From positions 9,548,001-9,612,000 of the forward strand of contig CM068755.1 in NCBI GenBank assembly GCA_035084275.1: a stretch of DNA of 64,000 nucleotides, in the 5' to 3' direction. Numbering within the stretch: position 1 is the stretch's first letter; the number at the start of each line of letters is the position of its first letter. The notes under the pieces are model-generated. The model saw only the letters and a list, made by a program, of their open reading frames with translations. It was not told the origin of the DNA and did no database searches. The DNA is from Hydrolagus colliei (lineage: Eukaryota). Below, piece after piece: positions 1-12,948 of this stretch. Position numbers and translations under genes: made by a program.

Positions 1-2189
1 TTTTGCGAATGAGTAAGCCTCAAACTGCCTAATGAACCAAGATGCTTAGGCTGCCAGAATGGCATGAAGAATACTGACTGCATAATGGATTAGCTGCTGC
101 AAAAGGTCAGACAAGCCACAATTTCGCACATGAGCCATTCTCCCCCACTCTTTTTGCTTGTCCTAAAACATTTTTGGTACTTATTTAATTCAAAAAACAT
201 GTGCAAATAAAGATTAACTCCATCACGTGAGAAGCATTAATGATGGTCTTCAAACTTATCCGTTCTTACCTTTATGGAATTGCTTCAAATCTGGACAATG
301 CAGGTCAGATTGAATAACATTTCAATGGGATTGAGGTTTTAAAGGACATAATTCAGGAACATGTGACAGAAATGGTCTTGCATTCATGCCTCAAATTGCT
401 TTTTAATATGCTATAAGATAATAAAATATTTCAACAGAAAAATATCCAAGCTAAAAATAGAGTTGTGGAAGTTACAGATTTCATATCTTAATTGTTCCAA
501 AGCACACTGACAGTTTTAAAGCTGTGTTTTCCAATGCGTAAGTGGCAATAAAGGGTACTTCACACTGGTCCTCAACCCCTTTTAAATCGGTTTTGGTTCA
601 GTGTTTGAATATATCAGGCCTCCAAGTTAATTTCTAAAAGGCAAACATATCCCCTACCCTCCATTTTCATAAGTTCTTGCAACTCCAGTGGTCAATCACT
701 GGCATGAGCAACACAAAAATTCTCAACCTTTCAAAACATTCGCAGTGCAATATTCTGTACCATGTAGCAGATGATCAGAATAATTTTCAGTCTGCACAAC
801 ATATTCACTGTAAAGCTGATCGCCTGAAATAAAAGTTTTTTTTTGCTGCAATTCATTGCCAAGTGATGACAGAAAGAACTATAATAAATAACAATTAAAC
901 AGTGAGTACATTGGAAAGGGAAGTCAAGTCTGGAGGGAACACCGCTATTTAATGTACACCTCCCAGAAATAACATGGGACATTTGAGGATATTTAGTGAA
1001 GTTATCAAAATGTTCAAGATTCAAAGATCACAAAGAGCCATTACTCCTCGTTCCTCTCCTGTGAGATTTTCCTTCCTTTCTGATGAGAATGACTGAAATC
1101 ACACAAGTACCTGAGTGACTTCACTCACTTATTTGGGGATAATCACCCAGGAAATAATGCAAAACTGGATTGGATAAATATAAAACTTTACAAACATGGG
1201 ATGTGGGGGACACAACGACGACGACAGGGAAATGGGGTTACGGAAATAGTTGTAGTCTGGGAGATGACAATAATAATAAAAGACCAGCCCTGCATTTGAT
1301 ATAGTGCCTTATCAAGTCTTTGAGAAATCTCAAATTACCTCACAGTATTTACTGTAAAATGAATTGATTGCATATTTGGTGGGAAAAATAGGGCCAGCAC
1401 AGATATGATGAATCAAACCACGTCTTTTACTATGTTGTTAATGTTCCTGATCTGTTTTGAAGCATCTTTAGCTTGTACTTGCTCAGCTGTCGAGGAATAC
1501 ACAAGTGCATTTTGTTAGTAAGAGGGCCCTTGCATTAAATTACTCTGCCACACAGAATACTATCCAAATGTGCATTTGGAAACCAGGCTAAAAATAAGGC
1601 ACAGTGTCATCCAAGTAAGCAGCCAAGACTGTTAAAACTGCAATTCAAACCCAAGCCCTTTAACTGGGAACACTTCTGATTGCCAAAAATGTACAAGAGA
1701 TGAAAATCCAAGGCTGGGAATCCCTGAAATAGAACACTAAAGTGATCGACAGGATTCCTGATGGCGAGTATTTAGACTTCACCAAATGGATGCACTAGTG
1801 CAAAGGTCTGCATTTGTAGTATAAAAATGCTGCATCTGAGCTACAGTGACCCAAGACACTAGGCTGGCAGATGTTCTCACGGAATTTAAGATCTACCAAT
1901 GATACTTCATGTCACAATCCCAAAACGATTTCAATTCCATTTACACATTCAGTCTCAGCCAGAACACAATTTGTGCTTTCTTGCAAATTAAGGCACATGA
2001 AAGTGGTAGAAGCCTCCCATTAGTAACAATCAAAAATGCAAGTCGACACATAAAATTGACTGGTTGCATATCAATAATAATCCGTGCGTTTGATATAGCA
2101 AATCTTCTGCCAAGTGCAGTGACTGCATCTGTTGGCAAATGCAGCAGTCAATTTGTGTATTTCACACATCAGTCAATTTCACGTCAGGC

Positions 2190-2930
2190 ATTGGCAGCAT
2201 CAAACTGCACACTCAATCTCATCGAGCCAGTCAGGAACCTAGGTGTCTTGTTCGATTTTCAAGGGTTTTTACTCCCTCACATCCAAGCCATGACCCACTC
2301 TGCTTTCCCTCTACTCCACAATATTGCCCAACTCTGCCACTACCTCAATCTTCAGGCCACTGAAACTCTCATTCATGCCTTCATCACATCCAGGCTCAAC
2401 TATGCCAACGCCCTGCTTGTCGGCCTTCTCAATTCCTCCCTCCATAGGCTGCAGAACTCTGCGGCCTGTGTCGTCTACCACTCTAAGCTTTGTGACCCCC
2501 ATCCTCGCCCGACTTTTTTGGTTCCCCATCACCCAGAGGAGTCAATTCAAGATCCTGGTCCTCACATTCACAGCCCTCCATGGCCTTGCTCCACCCTACC
2601 TCTGCAACCTCCTAGCCCCCTACCAATTTGCCTGCCCCCTCCACTCAGCAGGCTCTGGCCTGCTCTATGTACCCTGTCCTACCCGCCCCACCATCGGCAG
2701 GCGTGCCTTCAGCCACTCTGCCCCTAACCTCTGGAACTCCATCTCGCAGTCCCTCCGCCTCGCCCCCTCCCTGGCCTCCTTCAAGTCCCACCTCAAGATC
2801 CTCCTCTTCGACAGTCCCATCGATCACCCCAAATCCCCCACTTTCCCTCTACCCTCCCCATCTCCGACCCCAGCTCAGGTCTGAAGCAATGACTGTCAGG
2901 CGCCTTGAGATGTCCTCCTGAAGTAAAAGA
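2190..2930 (+). mobile_element. L2-clade LINE 3' fragment (frameshifted ORF2 C-terminus and 3' UTR)
   Basis: Translations VRNLGVLFD, ETLIHAFITSRLNYANALLVGL, FKILVLTFTALHGLAPPYL, RRAFSHSAPNLWNS and SFKSHLK in shifting frames are typical of the L2 ORF2 C-terminus. Confidence 0.9.
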
Positions 2931-3912
2931 TTAAAGATTTTTTTTCTAAATGAACAGGATAAAGCAACAAAAAATCTAGCTGTAACAAAATGCTAACTTT
3001 CTTTCTGGTTAATTGTGCCTTTTGGATCTTGCACAGTTACTGGTTGACATTATGCTAAATAAAACACAGCTTAATCAGTTTTGCCTTTCCTCAAGGCAAT
3101 TCAAACATCAGTTGACAAGTTAATAAATTTGAAACTAAAAATACATTTCAGCATTTGTTTTGTTACTGTTACATTGTCAGCAATCCTCTAGAGCTGGGTT
3201 TAAGTTATCTATGGGGCTGCTCCATAATGTCCACAACACCAGGCCTGATGACAAGATTAGAAATTAATTATATTCATTGAACTGTACCGTAACTAATGTT
3301 CTTCAAGGTTACAAATGGAGATGTCTGCACCTCAACCAATGTTCCTCAACCATATAGGTTTTTACATATTAAACACGAGTTTGAGGCAGAATGGAGTTCC
3401 ATTTTTTAGGGCTGCTGAAGCTCACACATATAACAATTTTTAAAATAGTCAATTACAATTATAAAAGTTCATCTACTATAAAACGGTGTATTAATATCTA
3501 AAGGCCACAGATTATCACTTGACCCTCCAGCCTTAGCATTACAAGCTACTATACTGAACCATCTGGATCTGCTTATAAACAGCAGTGAAATAAATAAGTC
3601 TAGAAAATCTGTTGTCTTTGACTAGCTACCAAAATAACCTTATTCTGTGGGATACCAACAAGGGAAATGATACAACACTGAGGTAGAGAGTTGGACCAGG
3701 ATAAGATGGAAAAACAATTGTGATGTTGAAACTTATTTTCCACTAAGGGCAAATTGGCATCTATAAAGCAATTGAATCAGTGCAATCAAACTATGTTTCA
3801 TTAACAGAAATAGGCCATGGAAGTGGAGATGGAATTGAAGTGTCCAAATGACACAAAAACGTAGTAGGGCAAAAAGGACAAATGTTAGAGATCTCAGCTC
3901 TTTGCTAATGCT

Positions 3913-4170
3913 AGGACTTTGTGCTCCAGATTGACACTCCAATGCAATGTTGAGGGGACCATACATTGTTGGGAGGTGCCGTTCTTTGGATGAGACGTTA
4001 AACCCATCTACCTGCTGAGGTAGACGTTAATCTCATGGCACTGTTTGAAAAGCAAAGGGAATTTCTCTGGTTGTCTTGGCCAATAATGCCCATTGTAAAA
4101 TCCTATCAATTCCTTTGAAGCATCTTCGTTTTGTAAGGCATTATAAGGCAAAAACAAGGATTATTATTAT
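3913..4170 (+). mobile_element. DeuSINE (SacSINE1/AmnSINE-like) relic with Deu domain
   Basis: ggaggtgccgttctttggatgagacgttaaacc...aggtagacgttaatctcatggcactgtttgaa...tgtcttggccaata resembles the Deu core as I recall it. Ends in aaggattattattatt. Confidence 0.7.
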
Positions 4171-4279
4171 TGCAGTCACTGCCTCTTTATCACTCCCATA
4201 ATAGTCAAACAATGAAAATCTCTTACTATGACATGTTTAAATTAATCATTCAAACACATCATATCACTTGATTCAATCA

Positions 4280-4680
4280 AGAAACTGGTCCTTATGTTCA
4301 ATGCCCTCCATGGTCTCGCCCCAACCTACCTTTGCGACCTGCTAACCCACTAGCAACCTGCCCGCCCACCACACCCCATGCTCAGTAGGCTCTAGCCTGC
4401 TCCATGTCCCCTGAACCACCTGCCCTACCATGTCCCCTGAACCACCTGCCCCATACCTCTGGAATTCCATCCCGCAGTCCCTCTGCCTCACTCCCTCCCT
4501 AGCCTCCTTCAAGTCCCTCCTGAAGACCCTTCTATTCGACAGTCCCGACAATCACCCCAAATCCCCTCCTCTCCCTCCACAATCCCGACCCCAGCTCGGG
4601 TCTGAAACGTTGACTGTCCAGCATGTTGGGACGTCCTCCCTACGTGAAAGGCGGTATATAAATGAAATGTTGTTGTTATT
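4280..4680 (+). mobile_element. L2 LINE 3' fragment, same family as 2190-2930
   Basis: Aligns by eye to 2555-2925 (LWNSIPQSL...SFKSLLKTLLFD). Tail gtgaaaggcggtatataaatgaaatgttgttgtt. Confidence 0.88.
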
Positions 4681-7600
4681 TGTGTGCATGCCTCACTTGG
4701 TAGCTAGTCATCAACATAACAATTGGACTATTTTCATCCAAATTTATCTGGAATGGAAAAACCAATTGTAATTAGTAGCTGAAAAATAAAATAGGTTACC
4801 CATGCATAATCCAATGAAAAACTACTGATTTTAAAAAAAATTAAGCAATGAAAAATATACAACAACACAAACGCCCCTTCCTGCTGAATGTCATTAAAAT
4901 GCACATTGAACAACAATATTTGCATTTCAAAGGATAATGAGAACAAAATAATGTTTCTCTCTATCTTGATTAATGGACATCACTTCACTTTATACGTTCA
5001 TGGTACAGTATCTTGTTTCAACATAAATATTTTCTTTCCACATCAAAATCCATCTGCCATTCCTTTGCCTATTTTAACTTGTACCAACCTATTTTCAAAA
5101 CTATATCCCACAATGAAATACAAACAATTCAATGAGATACTAATTGGGAAACGACTAGGTTCCTCTATTTCTAACGCTAAATCTTGTTTAGAAAACTACT
5201 GAAGTGTGGGAACATTAATTGAAAGATTATACAATATTTACTAAGATACTTTCTGAATTTAGATACAAATGTCAAGTTTGATTAAAGACTGTTTCAAAAC
5301 TAAAAATCAAATTCACAAATTGACATTGGCTGCAAACTGCAAAGAGTTTGCCAGATCTTTCCCAAATATATTTGTAAGACTGCTTTGTAGTTCTAAAGTA
5401 ATGGCAAAAGGAATGCCAACACCTTTCCTGAATAAAAATTTCCAACATGAGCAACTTTCCTGTCATAGCTTTCCCAAGCAAACTGCAGTGAATAATTCTA
5501 CCCATCACATTTAAGGAGTGCCTGGATTTTCAGCATACAAAATGTAAAAAAAGAAATATTAGGAGCACACTTGAAATGAATAAAATGGTTTTGCTTAAAC
5601 AAGGGAGGGGAACGGAATATTCACAAGCTTCAGCGGTGTAATCCATTAGAAAAACGTTGCTCCTAACAGAAATGAGTCATCAAAACACAAAGACTTTAAT
5701 TGCCACACCTCTTTTAAGGGAACACTTATAAAGTGTCAGTTCCGTTCAACTACCCCTTTTTCATTTCTATAGCAAAATTAGTAAACATTTCCAATTAGTC
5801 AAGGACAATGTAATGACTAAAACATGCCAAAAGTCCTTGCTTCGTAATGCTCTGCTAGAATAGTCACATCTTAAATGCAGGATGTCATGATGTAAAGATC
5901 CATATGCAACAGAGCACACTACTGTATATAATCCACAGTGCAATTCTGCAGGGTGATTACACTAAATTGTAGTTTCCAAGATGCAGACAGCAAGAGTCTT
6001 TGCCAGTCATTTGGAGAGAAGCCCAAAGCGAATGCAACTTCCATATAAAAAAAACTTTATTGTTCTGGACTACTATTTAATATTACATGTTTGAAGAGAG
6101 ATCCAACAGCAGAGTAAAACATGCCACTGGAGCAGCGACATGCTTTGTACCATTGGACACAGATTCACTTAGTGATCAACTGCTAAGGTAGAGGTTATTA
6201 CCACTTGGGTGGCAACGAGCCTAGAATCAGTAACAGTAATTATACATTTACACTTTCCATTTGGTAGTTTTTGCAAAACCACCTCTTTCGGTGGCACCAG
6301 CTGGTTTCTTTACTCTATGGACGGCCACGTTGGGGCTGCCATCAGCAGCAGCACCAAAGAGCAATCATAACCTCGTAGAAACCGCATCTCTACTCTTCAG
6401 TCAATATTTTTATTTATTATAATATCATGCCATTATTACAGTTTGGTTCAAAATACAGTACTGAGCAATGAAAAGCTTAAAGAGATCAGCATAGATTACC
6501 CAACAAAATCATTCAAGCAATTCTAAATGTAACCAGCCCAATTGTTTTTGGACATTCAAACCATCTGACTTATCTTGGTAGTGCTGCAACCAGCATTTTT
6601 CCAATATACTCCCATTCTATATATTAATAATTCTCATAATAATCTTTCCATTTGATATCGTGTATTTCATGTCATGAATACTTCCCAAAGTGCTTCATAT
6701 AATTTTACTGTGAAGGTCAGTGACCTGTGTGATTTGTGGGCAAACATACCAGCCAAGTTGCATAGATAAGATGCAACTTGATACTCATTCTAACTGATCC
6801 CCTCCTACACAAACTGATCCCCACCTTCTGCACAAACAACAAATTTCCCATTACAATTAAGGATCACTGACATTGTTTGTTCTTTGTTTATCAAAGAATA
6901 TAAATTGACTAATCTCTAATATTTATACATATGGCATCATAGGAGGATATTCCAAGATTACAGAAATGCTAATGGTAATTCTGAATACCTTTAAGGCATT
7001 CAAATCCCACAATTTTAACTTCTGCTGAAATATTAATATAAACCCGTTTTAAAAGGTCAATCTATTTCTGGCCCATCATTCCATTCCAATTTTAATAATT
7101 AATGCACAGACGCCTTTGACCAGCAATACATAAATCAAATATAATCCACACATTTTCCTGGTCTCATATTTTAAACAGATAGTCAAGTAGAAGCAATAAT
7201 GTTTTCCTCAACTTGCATGATTCACGGTGGAAAAAACCCATCAAATTGACATCCACTCTTAAAATTTATGACAAACTGAATGACAATTACTAACCTATTC
7301 GGAACAACTCTCCATGACAACTTAATAATTCAAATGTGAAACTAATACTTTGTGCTGTCCATATCGAATGCACTACGGATCAGTTCAAACAGACAGCAGA
7401 GAGTATTTATGGTTCATCAATACATGTGATCTAAAAATATGTTTCAGTGCAACAGTATTGAATTGTAAACATATTAATCAGCCAGAATGTTCTCACCAAT
7501 ATATGACAAGCAGCTTCAATATCCATTAACTCACTTTGCCCTGGAACTAATCCAGTTGAGATCAGCAAAGTGCAATTCATTTCTGACACACATCTCTAGA

Positions 7601-8844
7601 GAAGACGCCACCGCCAATCATGTCAATCACAGGAGTAAAACTACATTCAATTGCTAGTGGCATCAATTCAAAAGACAAACTAACAGTTCGATTTACAAAA
7701 TCTTGGCAAGAAACAGAAAATGCTTTAGTAGCAATAGTCAGGGCAACTCGGGAAAAATAAACAGTTCTGGCATTTGGGAATCCCCGTTTTTTGAGCTGTG
7801 AGTGCAGGCAGAACCATGAATATGTCCATAGCCAACAACTCTAAGACAGGCACAAAGAGTTGGAAGTTGGAAATGTTAAGTTGGAAGTACTTTCTGACTG
7901 GAGTTCAAAGTATTCAAGCTGCAGTCCTGAAATATTTATTGGGAGAGAATATGCACAGTATCTGAAACTAGATCTATATAAAATTAGATTCTGTACCAAC
8001 TGGACTTCCCATAGGTTCTGAAGGATAGTATCTGTGAAAAGCTAAATACCAATTTGTCAGCTGTCCATTTAGGGTCTGGGGTCAGAAAATTGGATATTTC
8101 AACTGCCTAACCATGGGAACAGACATGCAGTTCATGCAGTCTAAAAATACTATCACCAGCCGGGACTCCTGTGTTCTTAATTTGATTTGTGTGGCATTAC
8201 AATTAGCAAAGTGCTACACTACATATAACCAAAATCTTCAGAGACACTCAAATTTCCATGTAAGGAAGGCATCAGTACCCAACAGTCATATTAAGATGTC
8301 AGGGTTACAGCTGCAGGCATCTTAACATTATTGCACCCAAACTCAGCCCTACATACTGCCTGCAGCTCACTCACAGAGTGAAACATTGCATTTGAATCAT
8401 CTGGTTCACTAGTTGTGTGAGGGTTAGAGGCTAGATATCATCTGCCCAACATGGAATGCAGCTCAATTGATGCAGCCTTGGTGAAAAATTCCTGTCTTTG
8501 CTTGTCTATTAACCTGTGAATGTTAAGTACTTTAGTGCTAAACTCAACCAAGATGCGTTGGCACCAAAAGATCCAACAATCTTCAGGCAGGACAGAGTAA
8601 TCTTAGTTGCATTATTTCGCTGTGCTGGGTTTGGATCAGACTTCACTTCAAAAATTTAATTCCCAAGGGTAAAAACTAATTTTGTGTGATTTAGTTACCT
8701 ACTCCATGACCAGAGAGAATCTGAACCATTTTTTAACCAACAGAAAACATAAAAATTGTGAAGTCCAACTTTTTCAAATTTGGGAAGCAGGTATTATTCA
8801 GTATTAAGAGAAAAATAACCAAGGGCACAGTCTAGAGTAATGGT

Positions 8845-9040
8845 TAATAATAATCCTTGCATTTTGATATAATACTTTTCATATCTCATCAACGTCTCAA
8901 AGCGGTTCACAGAATATACTGTAAAGTTAATTGACTGTATATTTGTGGGTGAAATAAAGCAGCCAATTATGCACAGCAGTGTCCCACAAACAGTTGTGGA
9001 TTGAAATTACCAATTTTTATTATTGTGCTTTCTTGGGAAC
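8845..9040 (-). mobile_element. SINE 3' portion
   Basis: Reverse complement of the family tail (aataatccttgcattttgatata...cacagaatatactgtaaag...gtgtcccacaaacag). Confidence 0.8.
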
Positions 9041-9581
9041 AGATTATTATTGGATGGATTATGGATGGTTCTGCTTTTGCTGAGGTTCCTTAATGGAAAT
9101 TAATTTGGACAAAAAATCTCACTACCATGTGCACTGAAAGCAGCAGTAAGACGGTCAATTCAATTTACAGTATATTATGTCAAGCACTTTGAGACATCCT
9201 GAAGTCGTGATGACGTTCAATATCAAATGCAAGGATAATTATTTGTTAAAAAACCCTTAAAAATAAACAAGGTTAAACCGAATAATACTAGGAATAATTC
9301 TTACTAGGGTCCAGAATACTGTCTGTCCAGCGCCTTGAGACGTCTTCCTTATATAGATGCAGTACTGTATAAATGTAAATTTTTTGTTATAGTACATTTG
9401 ATCAATGAAGAGTGGTGGCTAAAATGAGGAAGCAGCAAGCCAAAATACTCCCACAACTGGTACCTGTGGTCGAATCCAGCTCACACAGATGGTTGTCATT
9501 GACCTAGTTTTTTTTTAGCACCCTTGTTTGTTGCAGGCAACGAGTAGAAAACTGCAATAAAGTTATCTCAGAGAATTCAAA

Positions 9582-9649
9582 AGGAAATTTTGGTGTAGTA
9601 GCAGCTATTTGATGTAGGAAATTTTGGTGTAGCAGCAGCTATTTGATGT
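9582..9649. repeat. 34-bp tandem duplication
   Basis: aggaaattttggtgtag(t/c)agcagctatttgatgt x2, one mismatch. Confidence 0.95.
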
Positions 9650-10009
9650 AAGAAAGGAACACCTGTGTTAAAATGAAATAAGAGAAACCTGGGAATATAG
9701 AGGCATAAAAAAAAGTGCAAGAATTATCAAGTACCCATTACTATTGAGTAGAAATTTGAGCAGGCAACCAAAAAGAAAATCTTGCAGCCTGCTGGCGATA
9801 ATCCAGTTAATTATGGATGAATACACATTTCTAATCTTTTATTTAGAATTTGGCTTTCCAAAATCTGTCCTTAACCTCCACCCCAAGATTTTTTCTTCTA
9901 GTAATTTACCCCACCCTCAAAGCTGTGCATATTATCATGAGAAAATAATATAAATTCCCCCCCCCCACCAAAATAGGAATTTCACTATCTACATTTAAAA
10001 AGTTTGACA

Positions 10010-10145
10010 TAATGATCCTTGCATTTGATACAGTGCTGTTCACATATATTAGACGTTAAGAAAGCGCTTCACACAATATACTGTAAAGTGAAGTGAATGT
10101 ATATTTGCGGGCAAAACACAGCGACCAATTGTGCACAGCAAACAT
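10010..10145 (-). mobile_element. SINE 3' tail fragment
   Basis: gatccttgcatttgatacag...gcgcttcacacaatatactgtaaagtg...ccaattgtgcacagca. Confidence 0.75.
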
Positions 10146-11310
10146 GAAAACTTTTGAGGGTGTGTGGTAACACTACAGCTGCAGGCGGCTTAACACTATT
10201 GTACGATTGAGGGCGGAGTTTTTCCTTCAACTATTGATGACTTCAATAAGTTTGAAACACTTCACACAAATTATCCATCATATAATTGGATCCCTGCATC
10301 TAAAGTTGATTTTATCAAGTGGAAATGTGTCGTTTTTCAGTCGGGCATTATAAGTGTCACTACCACAGTTCTGAAAACAAACTTGTTCATCATGTTGACA
10401 GAGTGCAGCAGCACTCAGTTAAATAAACTGCTGGAATTTCAAGCACAACATTATTGTAGCCTTCGTAGCAAAAAAAAGGTCAAGGCTGCTTTTAGCTGGT
10501 AGCACTGGAAAGCGAGTGGGGGAGGAGTATGGAAAAATATACTTCCCAAAAACAAACGCTTACGACTGGAAGAGTTAACCTTTTCTTTTGAAACATAATT
10601 TAAGCAGATACAATGCAACTGTGAAATAGTGGTTTATGATTTAGTGTTGCTCCAACTATATTCGGGCAAATGCTTCAGTAATATCTGGAGTAGTAGATGT
10701 TCAGCTGCAAAATACAACCACTACATTTTACAATAAAAATCCTGCAACGCGTTTCGAAATGTCCTCCAAGGATGAAAGGAGTTGTGTTCAAATGCAAGAA
10801 TTATTTATTTTCTCTCATCATCTGCAGTGCAAAATATCACTAGATTTCACACCCTATCTTTGAAGTTCAACAGAAATCTACTAGGTAAGGATTGTCAATA
10901 TTATGACATGATTGTCATAATATTTTATGTATTTAACTGGAATGTCGTTAAGGTTCCCTCAGCCAATCATTTTCCTTCCTGGGACGCAGAGGCACCATAC
11001 AGTTTGTTTAGAAATCATTCATTCAAGTTATTCTACAGGTTACAATTTCACGAACACACTCTGCTTTGAACACCACTATATTCAATTTGTGGGAACAAAG
11101 GCAGAAAGAGATCAATAATATAAAATCACGTAATCTAGATTAATGAAATTTACCTCTGCTGCTATTGTCGCTACAAACACTCCCCTCCCAAAACAACGCA
11201 TTTCTTAATAGCTTCACAAAGATGGGAAAACAAAATAGTCTATTTCAAACTAAGTATTTTTCTTGTTACACTAACAAATTAAGGAATATAATATACCGTA
11301 CATATATACA

Positions 11311-11802
11311 CAGTAAAAGCCTGTACATCCGGCACCTGTGGCACCTGGCCATTGCTGGTTAAAGCGTGTACTGGATATTCGGGCGGCCCGCTGTCAAAAA
11401 CCCACGACAAAAAAATTTAAGTTATTTTCACACACACCATACACACCAGACTAAATAATAACAGATAATAACAGAATATTGTATTGGTACTTACTGTTAA
11501 AATTACTCTCTTGCGCTTCTCACGTTTACCGGTTGAGGTTTACAGTCCAACAATTCTTTTTACTGTGGAGGATGCCGTGCAGGTGAAAGAAAACGGCAGC
11601 GCGACTTTAATGCCTTACTAATGGCAAGCCGGTAACCCTAGACTCTACTAGCATCAAACTGAAATACTGCGCCTGTGCGACAATGCTCCACCGCTATTGT
11701 TCCGGATAAGTTTCGGTTAATCGAATGGGGATTTTTTTTTTTTACGTGCCAGTTATACGGAAGTGCCGGTTCATCGAGTCACTGATAAATGGGCTTCTAC
11801 TG
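11311..11802. mobile_element. Tc1/mariner-superfamily (Tigger/pogo-like) MITE, copy 1
   Basis: TIRs cagtaaaagcctgtacatccggcacc / gataaatgggcttctactg followed by TA. Subterminal ccggataa/ccggttaa-like repeats, no ORF. Confidence 0.85.
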
Positions 11803-12509
11803 TATATTATATATATATATATATGCATATATATATATATAGACCCACAACCCAGTTTGAGAGCAATATTCCAAAACCTACACTACGTGGGCATTAATTT
11901 TGCTGTGACAATTATTTCACCCACAATGCTGGTCTTCCCAAATCATTATGTAACTAAAACAGCATTAGTGTTTCTTCCACCCTGTGTGGGCTTCATTTTA
12001 TAGGCAACAAGCCTAAAAACTGAGTATTCGGCAAATCCACCACCTACAGACTGACCCTCATGTCATGGATAGTTTGTCAACAGAACTGTAGGCCAAATAC
12101 AGAATCATCTGGAATTAACTATATTTGAGAAGTCTGAAATAAAACTGCAAGAATGAAAATCCCTCCTCCTCATTTCAGAGCACGTTAAATTTATGTGTTG
12201 CAAAAAAAAGCAACTTTTGCACCACCTTTTTTGCGCCGTATTGTTTTCCAGGCATTTCTTTTTCATTTCTATTCTTGACCGAACTTCAGTTCTTGTTTTG
12301 GATTCTGTCTGGAGATGCCAAAACAACATATACTTCTAACGTGAAATGTGCTATTTGAATGGAATTTGTTGCTGATTGTTAAATACAATTAAAAAAAAAC
12401 ATTATATCTACATAACAAGATACAGCATAAATTTGTAATTTATTTCAGCACAAATTGTTCAGTATGTAAGAGTGAGGTATCACAAAAATTATTTCCATTA
12501 TTAGTATGA

Positions 12510-12948
12510 ATAATAATAATCCTTATATTTGATATAACACTGTTTATATCAGGAGGATGTTCCTAAATGCTTCATAAGATATACTGTAGAGTGCAGTAGC
12601 TGTGTGGTTTGGTGGCAAACGCAGCAACCTATTTATGCACAGCAATGTCACACAAGCCATGAAATAAATGACCAATTTTATTTGAGGGGTTGTTTACCCA
12701 GACACCAAGAGAAACTCACTCCTTTTATTCTTGGATTGTAACATGGGATCTTTAACATCCACCTTAACTGGCAAATTAGTTTAATGTCTCATCCAAATGC
12801 CTGCACCTCCATTAAAAGGAGCACACCTACCAGCACTACTTTGCAATGCCAACTTAGACTACATGAGTTTCAAGTCCCAAAGTCTGGCTTGAACTCACAA
12901 TCTTCTGATCCAGAGACAGGAGTTCTATCAACTGAGCCAGGTTGACAC
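12510..12948 (-). mobile_element. Near full-length, diverged DeuSINE (tRNA head, Deu domain, 3' tail)
   Basis: Minus strand reads gtgtcaacctggctcagttgatagaactc...gagttcaagcc (A/B boxes), ggaggtgcaggcatttggatgagacattaaac...aaagatcccatg (Deu), then a tail ending tatcaaatataaggattattatta. Confidence 0.75.

Noticed and set aside
1909-2921. 272-, 186- and 97-aa ORFs as a host gene
   Set aside because: Frameshifted L2 ORF2 remnant plus chance upstream read-in.
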